Positions 44,954 to 54,800 of a stretch of 64,000 nucleotides of DNA are shown in pieces (position 1 is the first letter of the stretch; the number at the start of each line of letters is the position of its first letter). The stretch is from an uncultured Verrucomicrobiae bacterium (lineage in GTDB: Bacteria; Verrucomicrobiota; Verrucomicrobiia; Limisphaerales; UBA11358), in the NCBI GenBank assembly GCA_963789335.1, contig CAWBKH010000013.1, forward strand, positions 3,174 through 67,173, in the 5' to 3' direction. The position numbers and the translations under genes are program-made. The notes beneath the pieces are model-generated. The model saw only the letters and a program-made list of their open reading frames with translations, did no database searches and was not told the DNA's origin.

Positions 44954-45880
44954 ATGGCCCGTTTTTATGAACAACTCGTTGCCGCGCTGACGGAGGACCA
45001 ACCCTTTGCGCTGGCGCTGATTTCCGGCGTCAAAGGCTCCAGCCCGCAGCGCATCGGGGCCAAGGCGCTTTTCTTTCAAGATGGACGCGTCATTGGCACG
45101 CTGGGCGGCGGCTGTTTGGAGGCGGAAGTTCACGCCCGCGCCAAACGCGCGCTGCAAACCGGAACCCACGCCACGTTCGAGATGTTGCTGGACCATGACT
45201 TCGGCTGGGACGACGGATTGATTTGCGGCGGCAGCGTGAGTGGATTGATTTTGCCGCACGCACTCGCGGCGGCCGAAATCTGGCGCACCCTGGCCGCGAC
45301 CGGAGCTCCACGCCGTTGGGGCGTAAAAAATGATTTCTCCATCGCCTGGGCCGAAGACGCGCCGGCCGGCGAATGGCTTTACCAGGAAACCGTTACGCCG
45401 CCCCACGCATTTTGGATCGCTGGCTCCGGCCACGTCGCCCAGGCAGTCGCGCCGCTGGCCTTGCAACTGGATTTTGACGTGACGGTCTTTGACGACCGGC
45501 CCGGACTGGCCAATCACCAGTTTTTTCCCGAAGCTGTTCACCTGCGCGTGGGTGGCTGGCATGAGCTTTTGAAGGAGCCGATGCCCAAGCCGCCAGCCTT
45601 TGGTCTCATCGTCACGCGCGGACATCAACATGACGCGCTGGTGCTGACCGAATGGATTCATCGTCCATTTGTTTATCTGGGCATGATCGGCAGCCGCCGC
45701 AAGGCGCGGATCATTCGCGAGCAGTTTATCCGACAGAATATTGCCAGTACCGCGGAACTCGACAAGCTGGCCTGTCCGGTGGGTGCGGACATTCACGCGC
45801 AAAGCACCCCGGAAATCGCGGTCAGCATCCTGGCGCAGTTCATCGAGAAGCGCGCGGAATTCGCCGGAGTGAAACGGTAA
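44954..45880 (+). CDS. xdhC: XdhC/CoxI-family Moco insertion chaperone
   Basis: GSSPQRIGAK, GTLGGGCLEAEV, CGG, TRGHQHD, YLGMIGSRRK, CPVGADI...PEIAVSILAQ. Confidence 0.9.
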   Translation: MARFYEQLVAALTEDQPFALALISGVKGSSPQRIGAKALFFQDGRVIGTLGGGCLEAEVHARAKRALQTGTHATFEMLLDHDFGWDDGLICGGSVSGLILPHALAAAEIWRTLAATGAPRRWGVKNDFSIAWAEDAPAGEWLYQETVTPPHAFWIAGSGHVAQAVAPLALQLDFDVTVFDDRPGLANHQFFPEAVHLRVGGWHELLKEPMPKPPAFGLIVTRGHQHDALVLTEWIHRPFVYLGMIGSRRKARIIREQFIRQNIASTAELDKLACPVGADIHAQSTPEIAVSILAQFIEKRAEFAGVKR

Positions 45881-45888
45881 AAGCTTTT

Positions 45889-46530
45889 ATGGGTTCCGAG
45901 GGTTCCTTTCAAAACCAGTTGGCCTTCGGTGTCATCATGTTGGGCGCGGGCGCGTCTTCCCGAATGGGTCGCCCCAAACTCCTCCTGCCGTGGGGCGAAA
46001 CGACAATCATCGGCCGTCTCCTGGAACAATGGCAGGCGCTCGGCGCGGCGCAAATCACCGTCGTTTGCCGGCCGGGCGACCTCAAACTGGACGCCGAACT
46101 GGACCGTTTGGATTTCCCGCCCAGGGATTGCATCGTCAATCCGCAACCTGAACGCGGCATGTTCAGTTCGATTCTTTGCGCCGCGCGTTGGAACGGCTGG
46201 CGGGACGGGCTGGCGGCATGGGCGATTGTCCTTGGCGACCAACCCCATTTGCGTCTCGACACGCTTCGGGCCTTGCTGGCATTTCATCACGATCACGCCG
46301 CCGCGATCTGCCAGCCGGTTTATGAAGGGCACGCGCGGCATCCGGTGTTATTGCCATGCCGGGCCTGGGATGAACTGAAGAATTCGCGCGCGAAAACTTT
46401 AAAAGAATTTTTAAAACAAACTTCCTGTCAACTGGTCAAATGTTCTATTGAAGATTCGGGGCTGGCGCTTGACTTGGACCGGCCGGAGGATTATGAGAAG
46501 GCATTTAAGTCCCACTCACGCAATGTATGA
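45889..46530 (+). CDS. mocA: Molybdenum cofactor cytidylyltransferase (MocA-like NTP transferase)
   Basis: LGAGASSRMGRPKLLL, GMFSSI, LGDQP, HPVL, DLDRPEDY. Confidence 0.8.
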   Translation: MGSEGSFQNQLAFGVIMLGAGASSRMGRPKLLLPWGETTIIGRLLEQWQALGAAQITVVCRPGDLKLDAELDRLDFPPRDCIVNPQPERGMFSSILCAARWNGWRDGLAAWAIVLGDQPHLRLDTLRALLAFHHDHAAAICQPVYEGHARHPVLLPCRAWDELKNSRAKTLKEFLKQTSCQLVKCSIEDSGLALDLDRPEDYEKAFKSHSRNV

Positions 46531-47174
46531 ATGATCCGGAAGCAACCGGCGCGGGCGCGTTTTCCCGCCGGACATTTCTCAAAGGACTGGGCACCACGGC
46601 GGTCGCTGCCGTGGCCGCGCAAACCACTGCCGTGGCGGACGAACTGGAAAAGGTCAACGCCGAAAAGGTCGTCGGCCCAGGCGCGGTGCCCGTCACGCTG
46701 AAGGTCAACGGCAAGACCCTCAAGCTTCAACTCGAACCGCGTGTCACGCTGCTCGACGCGCTGCGGAATTATTCCGGCCTCACCGGCGCCAAGGAGGGTT
46801 GCGACCGCGCCTCCTGTGGAGCCTGCACCGTCCTGTTTGACGACCTGCCAATTTATTCCTGCCAGAAACTCGCCATCGAAGCGCAGGGACATGGAATAAC
46901 AACCATCGAAGGGCTGGCCAGGGACGGAAAATTATCGCCGGTGCAGCAGGCGTTTGTCGAAAAGGACGCGCTGCAATGCGGCTATTGCACACCGGGGTTT
47001 ATCATGAGCGTGACCGCGTTGCTGAAACAGAATCCGCATCCGACCGCCGCCGAAGTCAGGCACGCCTGCGCCGGAAACCTGTGCCGCTGCGGCACGCATC
47101 CGCATATTTTGCAGGCCGTGTTTCAGGCGGCGGGTGTGAACGTCACAAGCAAAACGGAGGTCATCCATGCCTAG
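46527..47174 (+). CDS. 2Fe-2S subunit (PaoA/YagT-like) with Tat signal
   Basis: SRRTFLK Tat motif; GCDRASCGAC; QCGYCTPG; NLCRCG. Confidence 0.9.
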   Translation: MNDPEATGAGAFSRRTFLKGLGTTAVAAVAAQTTAVADELEKVNAEKVVGPGAVPVTLKVNGKTLKLQLEPRVTLLDALRNYSGLTGAKEGCDRASCGACTVLFDDLPIYSCQKLAIEAQGHGITTIEGLARDGKLSPVQQAFVEKDALQCGYCTPGFIMSVTALLKQNPHPTAAEVRHACAGNLCRCGTHPHILQAVFQAAGVNVTSKTEVIHA

Positions 47175-49260
47175 CTGGCCGGAACCCACCAAATACATCA
47201 GCCACGCCACCATCCGTGTGGACGGGCCGCCCAAGGCATCGGGTCGGGCGCGATATTCTTCCGACATTCAAGCCGACGGCTGGCTCTACGGCATGATTCT
47301 CCGATCGAAATGGCCGGCGGCAAAAATCTCAGAGATCAATCTGGACCCGGCACTGAAAGTCCCCGGCATCAAGGCGGCTGTCAAGGCGCGCGATGGCGAA
47401 TTTACCGTGCGGTTTTATGGCGAGGAAATTGCCGCGGTCGCTGGCACGACCAAGCAGGCCTGTCTCGACGCCTTGCGTGCCATTGAAGTCAAGGCCGAAC
47501 CGCGTAATGAATTTGTCGTCAACGAAAACGAGGCCCGCAAAGACGGCGCGCCCGAGGTATGGGCCGGCACGCCCAATGTTTCGCCTGGCCGCTCACGCGA
47601 ACACGGCGATGTGGACCACGCTTTCGGCGAATGTGCCGCCGTCATTGAAGGGTTTTACACGACGCCGGTGCAGATACATAATCCGATGGAAACGCACGGC
47701 AACACAGTTTCGTGGACGGACGAAGGCGTCACGGCGTGGGCTTCCACGCAGGGCATTTCCAGCGTGCGCGACGGTCTGGCCGGTGCCCTGCAATTGAATC
47801 AAAGCAAGGTGCGCGTCATCACCGACTTCATGGGCGGTGGCTTTGGCTCCAAGTTCGGCCCGGGCGCGGAGGGCGCGCTGGCCGCGCGCCTGTCGCGTGA
47901 GGCGAAGGCGCCCGTCCGCCTGATGCTCACGCGGTTTGATGAAGCGCTCGCCGTCGGCAACCGGCCTTCCAGTTTCCAAAAAATCAAAATAGGCGCAAAG
48001 GCGGATGGCACCTTGCACGCATTTGAGGCCGAAAATTACGGGACCGCCGGCATCGGCGCCGGCTCGAACCAGGGCGGCGGCGGCGGCGGCGCAGATATCC
48101 CCATGCCCTACCTCTACCGGGTTCCCAATACCCGCGTGACACAGTCGGCTGTTGCCGTCAATGCCGGCGCGTCCCGCGCCTTTCGTGCGCCGGGAAATCC
48201 GCCAGCGTCGTTCGGCATGGAATCCGCCATGGATGACCTCGCCGTGAAACTCGGCATGGACCCGCTGGAATTCCGGCTCAAAAATGATCCCAACGAAGTC
48301 CGCCAGCGGGAATACAAGATCGGTGCGGAAAAATTCGGTTGGAAGGAAAAATACCAGAAGCCCGGCAGTTCGTCCGGCCCGGTAAAAACCGGCATCGGCT
48401 GTGCCGGCGCCGCGTGGCCCGCCGGTGGCCCCCACCGCGGCACGCAAGGTGAGGCGCAAATCAATCCCGACGGTAGCGTCGAATTTCGGCTTGGTGTGCA
48501 GGACATCGGCACTGGCACGAAAACCGTCATCGCCGTGGTCGCGGCGGAAATGCTCGGCCTCAAGCCGGAACAAATTACGGTAAACGTCGGCGATACGAAT
48601 TATCCGCCCGGCCCCGGCAGTGGCGGCAGTACAACGTGCGCTTCGGTGTCTCCGACGGTTTATGACATTTGCCAGCGGGCGTTGCAGCAGTTGCAGACGC
48701 AGTCCGGCATCGCCGACGCGCGCGGGGAAAACTGGTTTGCCGCATGTAAAAAACTCGGCGTCAATCCGCTCGTTGTTCATGGGAACTGGATTGAAGGGCT
48801 TTCCACCCGCCCGGCTTATGGCGTGCAGTTCGCCGAGGTCGCCGTGGACACGGAAACCGGCCTGGTCACGGTGAAAAAGGTTGTCGCCGTCCACGACTGC
48901 GGCCTCATGATTGACACCCTCACGCTCGAAAGCCAGATCAACGGCGGCGTCATCATGGGCATGGGCTATGCGCTTTACGAAGAACGTGTGATGGACGATT
49001 TGTCCGGCGTGATGCTGAATCCGAATTTTGAAACCTACAAACTGCCGGGCATCGCCGACGTGCCGGAAATCGAAGTCGTCCTGTTGAACATGCCCGAACG
49101 CGGCGTCATCGGCATCGGCGAGCCGGCCACGGTACCAACCGCAGGTGCGATTGGGAATGCCGTCGCCAACGCCCTCGGCGTCCGCGTCGGCAGCCTGCCC
49201 ATCACGCCGGCAAAAATTCTGGCCGCGCTCGGCAAAGTTCCGCCCATTGCCACCACATGA
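47167..49260 (+). CDS. Molybdopterin-binding subunit (PaoC/YagR-like, xanthine oxidase family)
   Basis: HNPMETH, MGGGFGSK, AFRAPG, QDIGTG, GSGGS, QINGG, GIGEP motifs. Confidence 0.95.
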   Translation: MPSWPEPTKYISHATIRVDGPPKASGRARYSSDIQADGWLYGMILRSKWPAAKISEINLDPALKVPGIKAAVKARDGEFTVRFYGEEIAAVAGTTKQACLDALRAIEVKAEPRNEFVVNENEARKDGAPEVWAGTPNVSPGRSREHGDVDHAFGECAAVIEGFYTTPVQIHNPMETHGNTVSWTDEGVTAWASTQGISSVRDGLAGALQLNQSKVRVITDFMGGGFGSKFGPGAEGALAARLSREAKAPVRLMLTRFDEALAVGNRPSSFQKIKIGAKADGTLHAFEAENYGTAGIGAGSNQGGGGGGADIPMPYLYRVPNTRVTQSAVAVNAGASRAFRAPGNPPASFGMESAMDDLAVKLGMDPLEFRLKNDPNEVRQREYKIGAEKFGWKEKYQKPGSSSGPVKTGIGCAGAAWPAGGPHRGTQGEAQINPDGSVEFRLGVQDIGTGTKTVIAVVAAEMLGLKPEQITVNVGDTNYPPGPGSGGSTTCASVSPTVYDICQRALQQLQTQSGIADARGENWFAACKKLGVNPLVVHGNWIEGLSTRPAYGVQFAEVAVDTETGLVTVKKVVAVHDCGLMIDTLTLESQINGGVIMGMGYALYEERVMDDLSGVMLNPNFETYKLPGIADVPEIEVVLLNMPERGVIGIGEPATVPTAGAIGNAVANALGVRVGSLPITPAKILAALGKVPPIATT

Positions 49261-50222
49261 AAGCTTTTTCCTACGCCACTGCGCACTCAACCGATAGCGC
49301 CCGTGAACTGGTCGCCGACCAGGGCGCGTATCTTGCCGGTGGCAATGACTTGCTCGGTATCCTCAAGGATTATCTCATGCCCGGCCCGAACATTCTGGTA
49401 AATATCAAGTCGCTGCCCGGCCTGAACCAAATCGCGCGCGGCGAAAAAGGCTGGACCATCGGCGCGCTCGTCACCATCGCGGAACTCGAGCGCGACGCGG
49501 AAATTGCAAAAACTTTCCCCGGACTGCACGCCGCCGCGATGGAAATCGCCTCGCCGCAAATCCGCAACGTCGCCACCGTCGGCGGCAATCTCGCGCAAAA
49601 TTCGCGCTGCTGGTATTTCCGCCAGCGCGACACCGTTTGCCTCAAGAAAGGCGGCGACCTTTGCTACGCGCGGGAAGGCGATAACCGCTACCACTGTTTG
49701 TTTACCGGCAACACCTGCATCAGCCCGGTTGTTTCCAGCCTGGGCACCACGTTCGCCGCGCTCGATGCCACCGCCGTGGTGCTGCGCGACGGCAAGGAAA
49801 CGCGCATGAGCATGGACGACCTCTACCATCTCGCCTGGGAAAATCCGCTGGCGCACAACTCGCTCAACCCCGGCGATCTGATTTTGCGCATCGAGATCCC
49901 GACCGCGCGCAACCGCAGCGCGTACCTGCAAGTCAGCGACAAGCACACATTCGACTGGGCGCTGGTCAGTTGCGCCGCGGCGGCGAATGTCGTTGACGGC
50001 AAATTAAGTCAGCCGCGTGTCGCGCTCGGCAGCATCTCACCCGTGCCGCACCAAGTCGCCGCCGCCAATGATTTTCTCGACGGCAAAACGCTGGACGACG
50101 ACACCGTGTCGCAGGCGGCGGACATGTTATTAAAGGATGCCAAGCCGCTGGCGCACAACGCCTACAAGATGCCGATGGCACACGCGCTCATCCGGCGCAC
50201 ACTGCTCAAACTGAAAGGTTGA
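49257..50222 (+). CDS. FAD-binding subunit (PaoB/YagS-like)
   Basis: AGGNDLLG, ASPQIRNVATVGGNLAQ..RCWYFR, CLKKGG..C, C cluster typical of PaoB. Confidence 0.9.
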   Translation: MKAFSYATAHSTDSARELVADQGAYLAGGNDLLGILKDYLMPGPNILVNIKSLPGLNQIARGEKGWTIGALVTIAELERDAEIAKTFPGLHAAAMEIASPQIRNVATVGGNLAQNSRCWYFRQRDTVCLKKGGDLCYAREGDNRYHCLFTGNTCISPVVSSLGTTFAALDATAVVLRDGKETRMSMDDLYHLAWENPLAHNSLNPGDLILRIEIPTARNRSAYLQVSDKHTFDWALVSCAAAANVVDGKLSQPRVALGSISPVPHQVAAANDFLDGKTLDDDTVSQAADMLLKDAKPLAHNAYKMPMAHALIRRTLLKLKG

Positions 50223-50226
50223 CGCC

Positions 50227-50430
50227 ATGAACCAGACATTTTGCAAGCATCTGCGGACGAAAAGCCTGTATGTCGGCGCGACGCCGGAGGAAGCCTTTGC
50301 GGACAAGGAAGACGGGCAAACCACCCCCTGCCATTTTTGGTGCAACCGCACGCAAACCGTTGTCGGCGTGGACGACCGGCCCGTTCACAAGGACGCCTGC
50401 CAGTCGCCGCGCTCCTGCTTCGAGGAATGA
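50227..50430 (+). CDS. Small Cys-rich protein downstream of the oxidoreductase
   Basis: 67 aa starting 4 bp after the FAD subunit stop; five Cys (FCKHL...CHFWC...C...RSC). Confidence 0.7.
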   Translation: MNQTFCKHLRTKSLYVGATPEEAFADKEDGQTTPCHFWCNRTQTVVGVDDRPVHKDACQSPRSCFEE

Positions 50431-50467
50431 CTTGGAGTGACACGTAACGCGTGACGGGTGGCGCGAA

Positions 50468-50500
50468 GCGTCTTGGAGTGCGCCAGCCCTCTGGCGCTTT
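50468..50500. repeat. REP (GGAGTGCGCCAGCCCTCTGGCGCT family)
   Basis: Identical core to the copy at 19056. Confidence 0.75.
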
Positions 50501-50579
50501 GAAAGCGCGGGCGGAAGAAAAGTCCGTTCCGCGGATTGCGCGGATTCCGCCGATAACAAAATAAAAGCCCTTGATTGCT

Positions 50580-50789
50580 TTATGCACCGGCGTAAATTGC
50601 CAAAGTCCTGCCCAAACTAGCTATGGGGGCGAACTGCGCAATTTTTGCATCCTTCGGTTTGCCGTGGTTCGTTTTGGCGGCGACGGCTCCGATTTCATCA
50701 AAGTAAAAGTTTTCCGAGGCGACAAGCATTTGCTTGATGCCTCTGGGCAGGGACTGGTATCCCGGATATGTCAAAATGATGGTTCTCAT
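50580..50789 (-). CDS. Small hypothetical protein
   Basis: MRTIILTYPGYQSLPRGIKQMLVASENFYF; 69 aa, plausible coding. Confidence 0.5.
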   Translation of the reverse strand: MRTIILTYPGYQSLPRGIKQMLVASENFYFDEIGAVAAKTNHGKPKDAKIAQFAPIASLGRTLAIYAGA

Positions 50790-50953
50790 TTTTCCTTAAT
50801 ACAACTGTGCTATTAGACGCATTGGTAACTAAATGGTTACAGGCACACGGCATTTTTTCGCTGATTACGCCGATGCCGAAATATGAAGACCGGCCCATTA
50901 AGGCGCGACAGGTCGGAACCCAATTTGAAATCCTCGGCTGGACGGTTATTCCA

Positions 50954-51940
50954 TCAACCACCAATGGCGGTCATCGGACGGCACGGCTGGTAGTTGGCGC
51001 GGAACTGGTGTTCCAGCGGTTTCAATCGCAGCGCAGTTTCCAACAATTCCTTCAACGCGGCGTCATCCGCGCCATGTCGCAGCGCCGAGCGCAAGTCCAC
51101 TTCGATATGATTGCCAAGGCACGGACGCACCTTGCCGTCGGCAGTGAGCCGCATCTTGTTGCATTGCTCGCAGAAATGCTCGTTTGTCAGCGCGCCGATG
51201 AAACCGACGAGCGCGCCGGTCTGTTTCAGCAAATAATACTTCGCCGGGCCGTGGCCGAGCTTGCGGTCAGGCTGCGGAACCAATTCATCCTTCTGCGCCA
51301 GCAATTGCATCGCCTCGCCACACGGGAGGAAATTTTTCTCCGTTAAAACCTCCGTCGAGGTCAGCGGCATCAATTCGATGAACCGCAGCGGCAGGCTGTG
51401 TTCGGCGGCGAACAAAACCAGCGGCCAGAGTTCGTGCTCATTCACGCTGCGCATGAGCACACAATTCAATTTGACTCGCTCAAAGCCCGCGGCCACCGCG
51501 GCGCGAATGCCAGCCAAAACCCTGGTCACGTCACCGCCCGTGATGCGCCGGTAAAGTGTCGGCTCCAGTGCGTCGAGGCTCACGTTGACTGTGCGCAAGC
51601 CGGCGTCGCGCAGCGGCTGCGCCAGCGTCGCCAGCTTCATGCCATTGGTGGAAAGGTTGACGGATTCGACGCCGGAAAGCCGGGCCATGGCGCGGATGAT
51701 TTCGGGCACGTCGCCGCGCGTCAGCGGTTCGCCGCCCGTGAGCCGGAATTTGCGGAAGCCCAGTCTCGTCGCCGCATACACGACCCGCACGATTTCCTCC
51801 GCCGTCAAGTGGTCCGGTTTGGTTTCCCAGCCCTTGTAACCTTCCGGCATGCAGTAGAGACAACGCTCGTTGCACCGGTCGGTGACCGAGATTCGCAGAT
51901 AATCAATTTTGCGTCCAAACGGATCCATTTTTTCCATCAA
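50954..51940 (-). CDS. moaA: GTP 3',8-cyclase
   Basis: YLRISVTDRCNERCLYCM (radical SAM CxxxCxxC), LTGGEP, FCEQCNKMRLTADGKVRPCL, C-terminal IGG. Confidence 0.95.
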   Translation of the reverse strand: MMEKMDPFGRKIDYLRISVTDRCNERCLYCMPEGYKGWETKPDHLTAEEIVRVVYAATRLGFRKFRLTGGEPLTRGDVPEIIRAMARLSGVESVNLSTNGMKLATLAQPLRDAGLRTVNVSLDALEPTLYRRITGGDVTRVLAGIRAAVAAGFERVKLNCVLMRSVNEHELWPLVLFAAEHSLPLRFIELMPLTSTEVLTEKNFLPCGEAMQLLAQKDELVPQPDRKLGHGPAKYYLLKQTGALVGFIGALTNEHFCEQCNKMRLTADGKVRPCLGNHIEVDLRSALRHGADDAALKELLETALRLKPLEHQFRANYQPCRPMTAIGG

Positions 51941-51957
51941 CCATCAACTCTCAATTA

Positions 51958-52446
51958 TCATCCAACATGCGGATCTTCTCCCCGCAAATGCGCCAGCCCC
52001 TCGCGGATGGCCGGTGCCAGAATCTCCAGACACTCGCGCACCGCCGACGGCTTGCCCGGCAGGTTCACAATCAAACACGCGCCGCGCGTGCCGGCCACTG
52101 CCCGCGACAAAATCGCCGTCCGCACTTTGGCGAACGACTGGGCGCGCATGATTTCGCCGAACCCGGGCAATTCCTTTTCCAGCACCGCGCGCGTCGCTTC
52201 CGGCGTCACGTCACGCGGCGAAATCCCCGTGCCCCCGGTTGTGACTACCATATCGCATTTCAGTTCATCTGCAAATTTTCTCAACGCTGCCGAAATCGTC
52301 TCCACCTCGTCCGGCACGATGAGCGATTCAAATTGCGCGTCGCCACCGAGAAACTCGCACAGCGCGTTTTCAATCTCCGGCCCGCTGCGGTCTTCATAAA
52401 CACCCGCCGAGGCGCGGTCGCTGATGGTGAGGCGGCCGATTTTCAT
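51958..52446 (-). CDS. mog: Molybdopterin adenylyltransferase
   Basis: LTISDRAS.G.YEDRSG; TTGGTG...RDVTPEAT; NLPGKP. Confidence 0.9.
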   Translation of the reverse strand: MKIGRLTISDRASAGVYEDRSGPEIENALCEFLGGDAQFESLIVPDEVETISAALRKFADELKCDMVVTTGGTGISPRDVTPEATRAVLEKELPGFGEIMRAQSFAKVRTAILSRAVAGTRGACLIVNLPGKPSAVRECLEILAPAIREGLAHLRGEDPHVG

Positions 52447-52456
52447 AATTGTGCGC

Positions 52457-52546
52457 GCCAGCGTCTTGGACTGCGGCAGCCCTCTGCCGATTTGAGATCA
52501 ATTGCGCGTCCGAGAAAAGCGCCAGAGGGCTGGCGCAGTCCAAAAC
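52457..52546. repeat. REP doublet
   Basis: GCGTCTTGGACTGCGGCAGCCCTCTGCCG ... AGCGCCAGAGGGCTGGCGCAGTCCAA. Confidence 0.75.
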
Positions 52547-52566
52547 CTAACGGACTTATGGACAAT

Positions 52567-53028
52567 TCATTCCAGTCCATGTTTCACCTTTTCCACCACC
52601 CGGATGCCTTCAATCCGCATTTTTTTGTCCACGGCCTTGCACATGTCGTAAAGCGTCAATGCGGCCACACTCACGCCCGTCAATGCCTCCATTTCCACGC
52701 CGGTTTGCGAACTGGTGTCCGCCGCGCAGAAGATATCAATGGCCGCGCGCTGGATTTTGAAACTCACTTCGACGTGGTTCAGCACCAGCGGATGACAGAG
52801 CGGAATCAACTGCGACGTTCGTTTGGCGGCCTGAATTCCTGCGATTTGCGCCACAGTCAGCACGTCGCCCTTCGGCAAGGCGTTCTTTTTTAGCGCGCGG
52901 ATCGTGGCCGGCGCACAAACCAATCTGCCTTCGGCGACCGCGCGCCGCCGCTGGATCGGTTTGTGGCCGATGTTGACCATGCGCGCACCGCCCGCGGCGT
53001 CGAGATGCGAAAATGTTTTCTTTTTCAT
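52567..53028 (-). CDS. moaC: Cyclic pyranopterin monophosphate synthase
   Basis: SHLD..G.ARMVN, KGDVL..AQIAGIQAAKRT, LIPLCHP, TGVEMEAL, LYDMCKAVD. Confidence 0.95.
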   Translation of the reverse strand: MKKKTFSHLDAAGGARMVNIGHKPIQRRRAVAEGRLVCAPATIRALKKNALPKGDVLTVAQIAGIQAAKRTSQLIPLCHPLVLNHVEVSFKIQRAAIDIFCAADTSSQTGVEMEALTGVSVAALTLYDMCKAVDKKMRIEGIRVVEKVKHGLE

Positions 53029-53093
53029 TTCGTGGCAGCCGATGTGAATCGGCTCAATTCAAAATTAGAGCGGACTTACGTCCACTGCTACAA

Positions 53094-54791
53094 TTATTCG
53101 GTTGTTGTTGACAAAAAATCCACTTCCTCGCCAGTTTCAATCGAGCCGCGATTCGCAGGCACACGGACCAGCGCATTCGCCGCTGAGAGACAGGCCACGT
53201 TGCCAGAATTCGCCCATGCCAGCAGACGCAAACGCGCAACCGAGTCCGAACCGATTTCCAGCTTCGCCGGCCAGAGTGTTTCGCGCGGGCACGGCGCATC
53301 ATCGAGTTTTCCGGCCAGTTGCCCGCGCAAAAATGTTGGCGGTTCACCGCCCGTTAAACAGGCCAGCGCCGTGGCCACAGCAAAATGATAACAGACAAAG
53401 TGCGACAGGGGGTTGCCCGGCAACCCGAACGCGATACGAATTGTATCTGGTGGGGCGAGGCTACTGACGAGCCGGCTCGCGGGGACGCTTGCCCCACCGG
53501 CCACGCCAAAAATCAGGGGCCGGCCGGGACGCAGGTTGACTTGGCTGAAGACAATTTCAAATCCCAGCCATTCAAGCAGTTGGCGCGTAAAATCTTTTTC
53601 ACCCACGCTCGCTCCGCCGGAAACCAGCAACACATCCGCATTGCTGATGGCCGATTGCCGGCTGCCGATTTTGTTTTTGGCGAGCTCGAAATTTTCCGGC
53701 AGATGCGCCTGTTGAAATTCGCACGGAAATGCCTGCAACAGGCCGCGTATCAGATACGAATTGCTGTCGCGGATTTGGCCCGGTTTCGGCGTCTGCTCCG
53801 GTGGCACGATTTCGTCGCCAGTCGTGAAATGACAGACGCGCAACCGGGGGCTGACGAGCGGGTTGGCATTTCCGGCTGTTGCCAGCAAAGCCAGTGCGCC
53901 GGCATCCAGTTTCGCACCCGAGTGCAGCAACGGCTCACCCGCGCGCAAATCCTCGCCGCGAAGGCTGACGTTCTTTGCCGACTCGCGGCGCACGATGCGA
54001 ATCTGGTCGCCGTTGCGTTCGACGTTTTCCTGCATCACCACCCGCAAGTTTTCACATGGCAGGGCCACGCCGGTAGCCACGCGCACGGCTTCGCCGGGTT
54101 TTAGTTGGCGCGGTTTCCAGTCGGCGGCGTGAAGCATGTCCACGACGGAAAAGGTGTCTGCCGGGTCATCGGCAAGTATCGCGTAGCCGTCGCGGGTTGA
54201 GCGGTCAAACGGCGGCAAATCTTCCGGCGCGCAAACCGTTTCACGCAATACCCGGCCAAAGGCTTCGGCCAGCGGAACTCGAACGGCGGGCAACGGCTGG
54301 CAGCGGGAACGGATTTCGACCAAGGCTTCGTCGAGCGAGTGGATTACGTTTTTGTTTGTAGTTCCGGCTTTAGCCGGTTCGGGCCGCCTGTAGGCGGGAC
54401 CTCTAACCGGCAATGCCCGACACTTCCAAATCGGCACGTCCTGCTTGAGCCGGTTCATGAATTCGGTCAGCAGTTCAAGGGCCTCGCCGCGATGGGCCGA
54501 TGCGACGCCGACATAAATCGCCGTTTCACCGACGGGAATGACGCCTATGCGGTGAATAACCATTGCCGCCAGGCACGGATGCCTGGCCGCGAGTGATTCG
54601 AGGATATGCCGGATTTCGCGCTCGGCCATGTCCGGATAGGCTTCGTATTCAAGCGCGGAAATTTTTTGTTCGTTTTCCTCACTGCGCACAACGCCGCGAA
54701 ATTCCAACCACGCGCCGTGCGCCCCAATTGACGGCGGTGGAGATATTTTTTCCGCGATTGGCTGGTGCGTGAGTTGGATTTCGATTTCCAT
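53094..54791 (-). CDS. moeA: MoaE-MoeA fusion (molybdopterin synthase catalytic subunit + molybdopterin molybdotransferase)
   Basis: N-terminal MoaE (F.GVVR, LEYEAY, HRIG, LKQDVPIWK); C-terminal MoeA (GRVL..., PFDRSTRDGYA, TTGDE, SGGASVG.KD, GLPGNP). Confidence 0.9.
   Translation of the reverse strand: MEIEIQLTHQPIAEKISPPPSIGAHGAWLEFRGVVRSEENEQKISALEYEAYPDMAEREIRHILESLAARHPCLAAMVIHRIGVIPVGETAIYVGVASAHRGEALELLTEFMNRLKQDVPIWKCRALPVRGPAYRRPEPAKAGTTNKNVIHSLDEALVEIRSRCQPLPAVRVPLAEAFGRVLRETVCAPEDLPPFDRSTRDGYAILADDPADTFSVVDMLHAADWKPRQLKPGEAVRVATGVALPCENLRVVMQENVERNGDQIRIVRRESAKNVSLRGEDLRAGEPLLHSGAKLDAGALALLATAGNANPLVSPRLRVCHFTTGDEIVPPEQTPKPGQIRDSNSYLIRGLLQAFPCEFQQAHLPENFELAKNKIGSRQSAISNADVLLVSGGASVGEKDFTRQLLEWLGFEIVFSQVNLRPGRPLIFGVAGGASVPASRLVSSLAPPDTIRIAFGLPGNPLSHFVCYHFAVATALACLTGGEPPTFLRGQLAGKLDDAPCPRETLWPAKLEIGSDSVARLRLLAWANSGNVACLSAANALVRVPANRGSIETGEEVDFLSTTTE
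54357..54407. repeat. GTAG-type REP doublet inside the moaE-moeA reading frame
   Basis: TGTAGTTCCGGCTTTAGCCGG-ttcggg-CCGCCTGTAGGCGGGAC encodes the linker PVRGPAYRRPEPAKAGTTN. Confidence 0.6.
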
Positions 54792-54800
54792 GCAAATCTT

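Noticed and set aside
48074-48091. GGC trinucleotide run in the molybdopterin subunit
   Set aside because: An in-frame poly-Gly loop; no evidence of phase variation.
19052-52546. Repeats as a CRISPR array
   Set aside because: They are dispersed palindromic REPs with no regular repeat-spacer array and no cas genes.
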